Source of the DNA: Candidatus Latescibacterota bacterium
Lineage (GTDB): Bacteria; Latescibacterota; UBA2968
Length of the DNA stretch: 64,000 nt
Direction: 5' to 3'
NCBI GenBank assembly: GCA_965207885.1
Contig: OZ242311.1
Span: 4,864,001-4,928,000, forward strand
A program made the translations under genes and the position numbers. The first letter of the stretch is position 1; each line of letters opens with the position of its first letter. The notes under the pieces were generated by a model. That model did not search any database. It was given only the letters and a program-made list of their open reading frames with translations, and was not told where the DNA came from. This document shows positions 19,154 to 27,549 of this stretch, piece after piece.

Positions 19154-21142
19154 TTAAAAATTGTGGAAACCATGTCCTGAGCCGGGGAACCAGATGAGGT
19201 CTATGACCATTCCGACGCCAATGCCGGTGCAATAGCCTATTACTGTGCCGTAGAAGAAGGGTTTTGCGCGTTCGTAGAGGCGTGGACCGCCAAAATGGAC
19301 GATGAGGAGTTTGGCTGCCCAGACCATGAGTATGCTCAGGGCGTAATAGCGCGGTCCCGTTGTGTATTGAAATGCGAGACCAAGAGGATGCAGTGGCCAG
19401 CGGGGGAACCAGGTGCGCAGGCCCGCCAATAATGCGGCTATTCCTGCGCCCAGGAGCCAGATGCCGAGTTTTTGGAGGTCGAAAGATGTTTTTTCGGTTT
19501 CGCCCAATGCGCGTCCAATTCCACCAAAAATACCCAGGGGTCCTTCCCAGAGGGTCCAGGAACGTAGGAAGAGCGCGGAGTCGCGATAACAATAGTAGAT
19601 GATGGTGGCGGCACAGACAAAGAAGCCCATGGTGAATGCGAGAAAGACGACGCCACTCGTCCAGTGTTTGCCGCGTTCTGCAGGCACATCGTCCATGGCT
19701 TTGAAGTGGTGGGGCAATACCTGCATGGTTTGAATGCGTCCGCCGCCGTAGAATACGCCGCTGTTGACGAGGTGCATCGCGGTCATTTCGCGGGTCGATA
19801 GGGTGGCTGTGCCGAGGATTGCGTTGACAAAGCCCGATCCTTTGATCCACACGGGGAAGAGGTATCCAAATCCGCTGGCGGCAATGAATTTGGAGGTCGC
19901 AAAATACGCGATGAACATCATTAGTAGATGGACAATTGCGAGAGATAGCGACATGCCCAGAGATATGAAAAAGCTACAGAGGTACAACACGGAAATGATC
20001 AGGCCGATAACGGCGAAGCGATAGGAGATGGGGCCATCGCCGCGGTCGCCTTTTAAGGCGGTTTTTGCCACCTGTATCAGATGTCGCCGCGCGATCCATA
20101 CAGACCAGACGACGAGTACTGTCATTGCGCCGTGGCTTTCGAGGTTGACGATTTCTCCGCCTTTGGCAACTTGTCCTTCTAACCCGACTGTGAAACCGGT
20201 GCGGTTGATGACGCCCATTTTGACCACGGCGAAGAGGCCAAAGAACCAGAAGCTGAACAGAAGATCCAGGCTGCACAAATATCCGAGGCCAATGACCAGG
20301 GGCAAGACGCGCAAATAGACGGGGGGGAAGCTCTGTGCTACAGTCATGGATTTGGTGTTGATGCTGTCAAAGAGCGTGATGCGGGGTACGTTGGGAAACC
20401 AGAAGTTGATGATGTTCCAACCAATGATGCCCGCAGTCCAGGCAAAGCCAGCCCAGAAGACGGGGTCGCGGAAAATTTTGGGCAGTGCACGGCCTTCGCC
20501 AAACCCTTCCATGAGGTCCATGGGGAAGTTGACGAGTGGATAGGTCAAGCGCTCGGCATCGGCCCATTGGCGGTGAAAAATGGCGATGACAAAAAATCCG
20601 GCGGACATGAAGGCCAGTACGCCAGAGAACCACCATAAGACGGATGGTATCCAGCCTGTCCAGGGGACAAATTCGCCCGTGTGCAGGCCAAAGTAGAAGC
20701 GGTCCATGATCCAGGGCGTGGGTTCGGGAAATGCCCAGTGAGGCAGTTCATCTAAGAACAATTCTGCCCAGCGATTTTCCGGCGATGCAAAAAAATAAGG
20801 TGCGGGCAATGCGCCGATAAAATATCCCATCCAGCCGACGCCGGGCATCATGCCCACAATCCACATGGTGGCAAAGATGACCATCATTTCGTGACGCGAG
20901 AGCACAGATTGCGGCGCGATCCGGGCGATGATCATGTTGATCACGACCCAGAGGAGGAATCCCAGGATGAGGGCGACGGGAAAACTGGATTTGACCATCG
21001 ATCCCGCGTGGAGTACGATTTCGAGGACATTTTGAGAATAGGCCATCAGGCCGGCGGTGAGCAGGCCGAGGAGGATGGATCGCCCGGTAATACGCGGTGA
21101 TTCGGTCGGTTGGATTTGGGGGTCGGGTTGCGAAATAGCCAT
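19154..21142 (-). CDS. Polytopic membrane protein, DUF6785/DUF6784-like
   Basis: Many TM helices, RQWADAERLTYPL, WPLHPLG, GGPRLYERAKPFF. ATG 21142 lies downstream of a promoter-like sequence. Confidence 0.7.
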   Translation of the reverse strand: MAISQPDPQIQPTESPRITGRSILLGLLTAGLMAYSQNVLEIVLHAGSMVKSSFPVALILGFLLWVVINMIIARIAPQSVLSRHEMMVIFATMWIVGMMPGVGWMGYFIGALPAPYFFASPENRWAELFLDELPHWAFPEPTPWIMDRFYFGLHTGEFVPWTGWIPSVLWWFSGVLAFMSAGFFVIAIFHRQWADAERLTYPLVNFPMDLMEGFGEGRALPKIFRDPVFWAGFAWTAGIIGWNIINFWFPNVPRITLFDSINTKSMTVAQSFPPVYLRVLPLVIGLGYLCSLDLLFSFWFFGLFAVVKMGVINRTGFTVGLEGQVAKGGEIVNLESHGAMTVLVVWSVWIARRHLIQVAKTALKGDRGDGPISYRFAVIGLIISVLYLCSFFISLGMSLSLAIVHLLMMFIAYFATSKFIAASGFGYLFPVWIKGSGFVNAILGTATLSTREMTAMHLVNSGVFYGGGRIQTMQVLPHHFKAMDDVPAERGKHWTSGVVFLAFTMGFFVCAATIIYYCYRDSALFLRSWTLWEGPLGIFGGIGRALGETEKTSFDLQKLGIWLLGAGIAALLAGLRTWFPRWPLHPLGLAFQYTTGPRYYALSILMVWAAKLLIVHFGGPRLYERAKPFFYGTVIGYCTGIGVGMVIDLIWFPGSGHGFHNF

Positions 21143-21170
21143 TTTGTGCTCCGTATTTAGAATGCGCGTT

Positions 21171-21199
21171 AATATACGATGCCCAAATAGCAGTGTCAA
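21171..21199 (-). promoter_or_regulatory. Sigma70-type promoter for the DUF6785-like gene
   Basis: TTGACA-17 nt-TATATT on the minus strand. Confidence 0.6.
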
Positions 21200-21246
21200 A
21201 CGCATGGGGTAGTATTTGTCAATTTGTAGTATTGGGGTTATTATGA

Positions 21247-21349
21247 GGGGGCTGGGGGTTGGGTTGTTGGGCGGGCTGGGTGCTGACCGCTGACTGCTTG
21301 GGAGCTGGTTGGGTGGTCGTCTTACGTCTCACCTTTTACGTCTCACCTT
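21247..21349 (+). repeat. G-tract cluster plus short tandem repeats
   Basis: Six G3-G5 runs at 21247-21280; GCTGACC-GCTGACT heptads; exact 14-mer TTACGTCTCACCTT twice at 21322-21349. Confidence 0.7.
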
Positions 21350-21355
21350 AATCTT

Positions 21356-21610
21356 ATGGCACGCAAAGATATTCGAACCATTTCGATTTTTTGTGCGAAA
21401 TGTAGAACCCTGCTGTACAAATACCGCAAGGGTGGGCGAGGCGGATTGGTGAAGTGCATGGTGGATCGGATTGCCGAAGACCATACCCGAGGGGATATGA
21501 AGTGCCCAAAATGCAGACAGGCGTTTGCGAGGTTCAGGATGTATGGCGGGCAGGCCGCGCATAAGATTATACAGGGAAAGGTTTTTACGAGGGGTATGGC
21601 GAGGCGGTAG
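21356..21610 (+). CDS. Small basic zinc-ribbon hypothetical protein
   Basis: 84 aa with CAKC and CPKC pairs and a YKYRKGGRGGLVKC motif; upstream of the CE15 gene on the same strand. Confidence 0.7.
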   Translation: MARKDIRTISIFCAKCRTLLYKYRKGGRGGLVKCMVDRIAEDHTRGDMKCPKCRQAFARFRMYGGQAAHKIIQGKVFTRGMARR

Positions 21611-21634
21611 AGTTAAAAAAGGAGCGAAAATACG

Positions 21635-22828
21635 ATGGCTAAATTTGTCGCGAATTACGATGAAGACAAGGTGCCCGATTACACATTGCCCGATCCGTTG
21701 ATTTTTGGAGATGGAACAAAGGTCGAAGATGCTGCTTTGTGGGAAAGACGGCGGGCAGAGATTTTGTCTTTGTTTGAGACCCAGGTGTATGGCAAGATGC
21801 CGGGTGCTACGGCGGACATGCATTTTGAGACGCGGTTTGTGAATGGGGATGCGTTGGACGGGATTTGTAAGGAAGTTCGCATTTATTTTTCTAAAGATGC
21901 GGAGCCGCGAATGGATATTTTAATTTTTTTGCCAAAAGACGCTGATGGACCTGTGCCGTTGTTTGTGGGATTGAATTTTGGGGGGAATCACACCGTTCAT
22001 GCCGATCCCCAAATTACATTGTCCGAGCGGTGGATGCGTTCGAAAACGGAGGGGGTTTTGGATCATCGGGCAACGGAAGTGGCGCGCGGTAAGGCTGCAA
22101 GCAGGTGGCCTGTGGGGCGGATTTTGGCAAGGGGTTACGGTCTGGCTACGATTTATTGTGGCGATCTGGATCCGGATTATGACGATGGGTTTCAAAATGG
22201 CGTGCATCCGCTTTTTGGCAGGCGAAATACTGGGGATGACTGGGGGGCTATTGGTGCGTGGGCATGGGGATTGATGAGGGCGATGGATTATTTTGAAAGC
22301 GATGAGGCGATTGATCACGCGCGGGCTGCTGTGATGGGGCATTCGCGATTGGGCAAGACCGCGTTGTGGGCTGGCGCACAAGACGAGCGGTTTGCCCTTG
22401 TGATTTCAAATAATTCGGGATGTGGGGGTGCCGCGCTGTCCCGCCGTCGATATGGCGAAACTGTGGGGCGGATTAATACCAGTTTTCCACACTGGTTTTG
22501 CGACAATTTTAAGCGGTATAATGAGCGCGAGGACGATTTGCCCGTTGACCAGCATTTGCTCATTGCCCTGATGGCGCCTCGCCCGGTTTATGTTGCCAGT
22601 GCAGAAGAAGATCGCTGGGCGGATCCAAAGGGGGAGTTTTTGGGTGCGAAACACGCCGGTGCGGTTTATCGTTTGTTGGGAACAGATGGTCTGGATGTTG
22701 AAGATATGCCGCGTGTTCACGAGCCGATTATGAGTCGCATTGGATATCATATTCGCGCAGGCGGTCACGATGTGACGGATTACGATTGGGATCGGTATAT
22801 GGATTTTGCCGATAAACACTGGCAGTGA
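21635..22828 (+). CDS. CE15 family glucuronoyl esterase-like alpha/beta hydrolase
   Basis: [24 protein letters not shown] nucleophile motif, [20 protein letters not shown]. Confidence 0.88.
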   Translation: MAKFVANYDEDKVPDYTLPDPLIFGDGTKVEDAALWERRRAEILSLFETQVYGKMPGATADMHFETRFVNGDALDGICKEVRIYFSKDAEPRMDILIFLPKDADGPVPLFVGLNFGGNHTVHADPQITLSERWMRSKTEGVLDHRATEVARGKAASRWPVGRILARGYGLATIYCGDLDPDYDDGFQNGVHPLFGRRNTGDDWGAIGAWAWGLMRAMDYFESDEAIDHARAAVMGHSRLGKTALWAGAQDERFALVISNNSGCGGAALSRRRYGETVGRINTSFPHWFCDNFKRYNEREDDLPVDQHLLIALMAPRPVYVASAEEDRWADPKGEFLGAKHAGAVYRLLGTDGLDVEDMPRVHEPIMSRIGYHIRAGGHDVTDYDWDRYMDFADKHWQ

Positions 22829-22862
22829 AGTTCGACGAGTGGTTGAACAGAAAGGAATAGTT

Positions 22863-23915
22863 ATGGCAACTCAAACAGAGCGACCTTACGCGCTCAAAGC
22901 GGTGCCGGGATTTTATTCGTCGTATTCGGGTATTCAGATTGCAGCGCAAACGTCGGATAGTGCGAGCGATGAAGATTTGCAGTTTATGCAACAACTCGGC
23001 GTGGAATGGATGATGGTCGGCGTGGATGATCTCGAGAATCAGAATGCCGATTATTACAAGGCGTTGAAAGCTCGGTTTGCAAAATACGATTTACAGATTT
23101 ATCGCATTGCCAATCGCAGTGTGCATAATATGCCCGAAGTGACCCTGAATTTGCCGGGGCGCGATGAGAAGGTCGAGGAATTTATTACTTTTATTCGCAA
23201 TCTGGGCGAGGCGGGTATTCCGTATAATACGTATGCACACATGGGCAATGGGATTTGGAGTTCGGGGCGCACAACGCGGCGCGGGGGCATGGATGCGAGG
23301 ACGCTCGATATCGAGAATGCCACAGGGCATTGGGACGGTCAAATTTTTGAAGGAAAATTGACACATGGGCGGGTATATAGCGAAGATGAGCTTTGGGAGA
23401 ATTACGAGTATATGATCCGCAAGGTCGCGCCTGTTGCCGAGGAATCAGGTGTTTATATCGGCATTCATCCCGATGATCCTCCCGTGTATCCTCTGGGCGG
23501 GATTCCGCGCTGTATGTTTGGCAATTTTAAGGGGTACAAGCAGGCGATGGATATTGCGGATAGTCCAAATATCGGGGTTTGTTTGTGCGTGGGGTGCTGG
23601 CTCGAAGGGGGTAAAGAAGGCATGGGCGTGGATGTGATTGAGGCTATTCACTATTTTGCCAGCCGCAAGAAGTTGTTTAAGGTTCATTTTCGCAATGTTT
23701 CAAATCCAATGCCAGAGCCGTGGGCAGAGACTTTGATGGACGATGGGTACCAGGATATGCATGCGGTGATGAAAGCTCTGCAGGAGGTGGCGTTTGATGG
23801 GGCGATTATTCCGGATCATATTCCGCAGATTCTGGGAGGTCATCGCGCGGGGGTGGCGTATTCGATTGCCTATATGCGCGCGCTGGTTCAAGCCGTGAAT
23901 AACGAAGTGGGTTAG
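22863..23915 (+). CDS. Mannonate dehydratase (UxuA)-family protein
   Basis: LWENYEY, HPDDPP, VHFRNV, IIPDHIP; ATG 22863 after an AAAGGA RBS. Confidence 0.85.
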   Translation: MATQTERPYALKAVPGFYSSYSGIQIAAQTSDSASDEDLQFMQQLGVEWMMVGVDDLENQNADYYKALKARFAKYDLQIYRIANRSVHNMPEVTLNLPGRDEKVEEFITFIRNLGEAGIPYNTYAHMGNGIWSSGRTTRRGGMDARTLDIENATGHWDGQIFEGKLTHGRVYSEDELWENYEYMIRKVAPVAEESGVYIGIHPDDPPVYPLGGIPRCMFGNFKGYKQAMDIADSPNIGVCLCVGCWLEGGKEGMGVDVIEAIHYFASRKKLFKVHFRNVSNPMPEPWAETLMDDGYQDMHAVMKALQEVAFDGAIIPDHIPQILGGHRAGVAYSIAYMRALVQAVNNEVG

Positions 23916-23918
23916 GGG

Positions 23919-25379
23919 TTACGGTCCACGTTTGCCTGTCGCGATGATTGTACCGGCGGGCAATAACGCGTCAAGGCGGTTTGGTAGATCGTCGCCGATG
24001 CTGTGCAGCCAGGTCAGGAGTTGCTTGCGCAGGTCATTTTCTGTGGTTGATATGTGGGGTTGCCCACTCAGGTTTTTCATTTCGTGTGGGTCGGTTTGCA
24101 GGTCGTAAAATTCGTCGATGTCTTGCGGGTTCCACACGTATTTGTATCGTTCGTTGCGAATGGCGCGCACTTCAAAGCTGTAACCGTTGTAGCGGTAGTA
24201 GGTGCCATAGGCAATTTGTGGCCAGTCGGGTGGGCGGCTTTGCGTTCCGATGAGTGGGAGAAGGTTGCGCCCCTCGCGCGGTTGGTCAGCGGATGGTTCG
24301 GCGCAGATGAGAGAGAAGATGGTTTCGCCGATGTCGAGCAATGAGACATACGCGTCCTGGGTTGCAGGTGGTGTGTCGGGCGCGCGAATGATGAGTGGGA
24401 TGCGCCAGACTTCTTCGTAAAAATAAGCCCCTTTGTCAAATCGGTTGTGCGCGCCTTCCATGTCGCCGTGGTCAGATGTGAAGACAACGGTTGTTGTATC
24501 GGCGAGGTCGAGGCGGTCTATGGCGTCGAGAATTCGCCCGATGGCTTCATCGACCATTGTGATGTGTGCGTGGGAATAGGCGATAACGGTTTTCCATTCT
24601 TCTTCGTCGAGCGAAGAGGTGTCCATGCATCCCCACCAGGGTGTCGAATGGAACCAGGGGCGTCCCTCGCAGTTGTCGTTCAGGTTTGCGGGGAGTTCGA
24701 CACGCGTGCGGAGTTCTTCGGCGAGTTTGACGTATTCTTCGGGCAGGTGATGCGGAAAGTGTGGCGGTGCGGAAGATACAGTGAGAAAGAAGGGTTTGTT
24801 TTGGTGGCTCTTAGCCCATGTTTCGAGAAATTTTACGCCTTTGTTCACGGTGGGAAAGGGCTGGATATTTTCTTTTGGTTGGGGTGAATCCCCCCAAAAT
24901 GGCGCGTGCCCTTTGATGAGGTTTTTGGTTTGATTGGCGTAGCTGGCAACGGTCTTTTCATAGGTGTGATCATTTGTTTGTGGGTGGTATGGCTTTGAGT
25001 GTATTTCGATATTGGGATCAAATCCGTGTGCGCCGCGTTTTTCAGGGTTGATATGCCCGAGGTGCCATTTGCCGTAGTAACCGACGTGATAGCCGAGGCG
25101 CACGGCTTCGTCAATCCAGGTTTTTTGGTCGAGCGGCATGGATTCCTGGAGGGAATAGCCGACGGATTGGTTGTCGTAAACGCCATTTTGGTGTGGCCAG
25201 CGAGCCGTGAGTAGTGTGCCCCGAGCAGGTGTGCAGAGGGGACAAGATGTGAAAGCATTTGTGAATACCGTGCCTTCGGATGATAGGCGATCAATATTCG
25301 GCGTGGGTATGTCGGCACCGAGAAAGCCAAATGCCCATGCAGGCCATTGGTCGGTGAGGATAAATAAGACGTTTTGCAT
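23919..25379 (-). CDS. Sulfatase (formylglycine-dependent, Cys type)
   Basis: NVLFILTDQ, TPNIDRL, CTPARG (CxPxR), GKWHLG, FTSDHG, YDLQTDPHEMKNL. Confidence 0.93.
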   Translation of the reverse strand: MQNVLFILTDQWPAWAFGFLGADIPTPNIDRLSSEGTVFTNAFTSCPLCTPARGTLLTARWPHQNGVYDNQSVGYSLQESMPLDQKTWIDEAVRLGYHVGYYGKWHLGHINPEKRGAHGFDPNIEIHSKPYHPQTNDHTYEKTVASYANQTKNLIKGHAPFWGDSPQPKENIQPFPTVNKGVKFLETWAKSHQNKPFFLTVSSAPPHFPHHLPEEYVKLAEELRTRVELPANLNDNCEGRPWFHSTPWWGCMDTSSLDEEEWKTVIAYSHAHITMVDEAIGRILDAIDRLDLADTTTVVFTSDHGDMEGAHNRFDKGAYFYEEVWRIPLIIRAPDTPPATQDAYVSLLDIGETIFSLICAEPSADQPREGRNLLPLIGTQSRPPDWPQIAYGTYYRYNGYSFEVRAIRNERYKYVWNPQDIDEFYDLQTDPHEMKNLSGQPHISTTENDLRKQLLTWLHSIGDDLPNRLDALLPAGTIIATGKRGP

Positions 25380-25658
25380 GATCAGAAGCCTTTCTTCTGC
25401 GTTTATCTGCGAAAAACGCTCAAATGAACTGGCCTTATAGGCGGCCAGTTGTACACCGCTCATTCGCGTTTTTTTCTGCGGATTGTTCTTTTCGATAATA
25501 AACCGATCTTTGCGGTATTTCGCAATCTCAGATTTGCCCTTGATAGATGCACATAGAGTCACTATATTATATCACCTCTTACTCCTCCCCTGAGTTGTTT
25601 TTCCTTCCCCAGGTCCTTTCTGTTATCATCACCTTCCAAATAAGGGTAGGAATATATT

Positions 25659-27539
25659 ATGGCAACGGCAATAAAATCGCGCACTTCTAATACTACACAA
25701 CTCGATTTGCTCTCGTCATCCAGAAGTAATAGTAAAGCCAATGGCAAGAAAAATGGTGCCCATAATTACGACGAGAGCAAGATTAAAACCCTTTCTTCGC
25801 TCGAGCATATTCGTTTGCGCACGGGTATGTACATTGGGCGACTCGGCTCGGGTACAGATCCCGATGACGGTATATACGTTTTACTCAAAGAGGTGGTGGA
25901 TAATGCTGTCGATGAATTTATTTCGGGTTTTGGCACAAAAATCGATGTGACTATTGACGCCAATCACGTCAGTGTGCGCGACTATGGGCGCGGCGTTCCG
26001 CTGGGCAAAATTGTCGAATGCGTTTCTGTGATCAATACCGGTGCCAAATACAACGACGATGTTTTCCAATTTAGCGTGGGCCTCAATGGCGTGGGTAGCA
26101 AAGCGGTCAACGCGCTTTCTACGGATTTTCGCGTGGTGGCCTATCGCGATGGCAAGTACGCCGAAGCCCGCTTTACGCGTGGGAAACTCATTGGTGAAAA
26201 AAAGGGGCGGACTCGGGAACCAGATGGCTCCCTTTTTGAGTTCACGCCCGATTCTGAGATTTTTGACGAATACGATTATAATTTCGAATACGTCGAGCGC
26301 CGCATGTGGAACTACGCCTGTCTCAATAGCGGTCTCTCGCTCGTTTTTAACAAACAGAAATTCGTCTCAAGGCGCGGCTTGCTCGATTTTCTCAGCCGCG
26401 AAGTCGATGATTCGGCGCTTTATGAACCCGCGTATTACAAGGGGCAATATCTCGAATTTGCATTTACCCATACGTCTAATTATGGGGAAAATTATTTTTC
26501 TTTTGTCAATGGGCAATACACCATTGATGGTGGTACGCATCAAAGTGCTTTTCGAGAGGGCATCTTAAAAGGCGTCAATGAGTTTTACAAGAAGAATTAC
26601 AGCGGCGTGGATGTGCGGGAATCCATCAATGGCGCTGTTGCAGTCAAGCTCAAAGAACCCGTTTTTGAGTCGCAAACAAAAAACAAACTCGGCAATACCG
26701 AAGTGCGCTCGTGGATTGTTTCTGAAACGCGCAGTGCGGTGGTCGATTTTTTGCACAAGAATACCACGGCGGCGCAAAAGCTTCAGGAGAAGATCAACCA
26801 CAATGAGCGCCTGCGCAGAGAACTCAACGATGTCAAGAAAAAGGCAAAGGAAGTCGCCCGCAAAGTCTCCATCAAAATTCCGCATTTCAAGGATTGCAAA
26901 TATCACAAGGGCGATAAAAAACGCGGCGATGAATCTACGATTTTTATTACCGAAGGTCCATCTGCTGCCGGGTCTATGGTTGCCGCCCGCGATGTGGAGA
27001 CGCAGGCTATTTTCGGTCTGAAGGGCGTGCCTCTCAATGTGTTTGGGAAAACAAAAGCCGCGATTTACAAGAATGAAGAGCTCTACAATCTCATGACGGC
27101 TTTGGGCATTGAAGACAGCGTTGAGAATCTCCGTTTCAACAATGTGGTCATTGCCACTGATGCCGATTACGATGGTTTCCACATCCGCAATTTGCTGATG
27201 ACTTTTTTCCTCAATTATTTCGAAGAACTCGTTACTTCTGGTCATGTCTATATTCTGGAGACGCCAATTTTTCGCGTGCGGAATAGCCGCGAAACGCGCT
27301 ATTGTTATAGCGAGAAAGAACGCAATCAGGCTGTTGCCGATTTGCGAAATCCCGAGGTCACGCGCTTCAAGGGATTGGGAGAGATTTCACCCGGTGAATT
27401 TGGACAATTCATCGGAGAGGATATGCGCCTGATCAAGGTCGGCGTGCGCGCTCTTGCCGAGGTTCCAACTACCCTCGAATTTTACATGGGAAAGAATACG
27501 CCCGATCGCAGAGATTATATTGTGGAGCATTTGATTTAG
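25659..27539 (+). CDS. parE: DNA topoisomerase IV subunit B (atypical clade)
   Basis: EHIRLRTGMYIG, EVVDNAVDE, DYGRGVP, GLNGVGSK, QTKNKL, TEGPSA, IATDADYDG, RFKGLGE. Confidence 0.9.
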   Translation: MATAIKSRTSNTTQLDLLSSSRSNSKANGKKNGAHNYDESKIKTLSSLEHIRLRTGMYIGRLGSGTDPDDGIYVLLKEVVDNAVDEFISGFGTKIDVTIDANHVSVRDYGRGVPLGKIVECVSVINTGAKYNDDVFQFSVGLNGVGSKAVNALSTDFRVVAYRDGKYAEARFTRGKLIGEKKGRTREPDGSLFEFTPDSEIFDEYDYNFEYVERRMWNYACLNSGLSLVFNKQKFVSRRGLLDFLSREVDDSALYEPAYYKGQYLEFAFTHTSNYGENYFSFVNGQYTIDGGTHQSAFREGILKGVNEFYKKNYSGVDVRESINGAVAVKLKEPVFESQTKNKLGNTEVRSWIVSETRSAVVDFLHKNTTAAQKLQEKINHNERLRRELNDVKKKAKEVARKVSIKIPHFKDCKYHKGDKKRGDESTIFITEGPSAAGSMVAARDVETQAIFGLKGVPLNVFGKTKAAIYKNEELYNLMTALGIEDSVENLRFNNVVIATDADYDGFHIRNLLMTFFLNYFEELVTSGHVYILETPIFRVRNSRETRYCYSEKERNQAVADLRNPEVTRFKGLGEISPGEFGQFIGEDMRLIKVGVRALAEVPTTLEFYMGKNTPDRRDYIVEHLI

Positions 27540-27549
27540 AGGACTAACA

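Noticed and set aside
25380-25562. 61-aa N-terminal extension of the sulfatase (similar extensions on mltD, the EEP gene, the ceramidase-like gene and LytR_C)
   Set aside because: Family motifs and RBSs point to downstream ATGs, and the extensions overlap hairpins, terminators or neighbouring genes.
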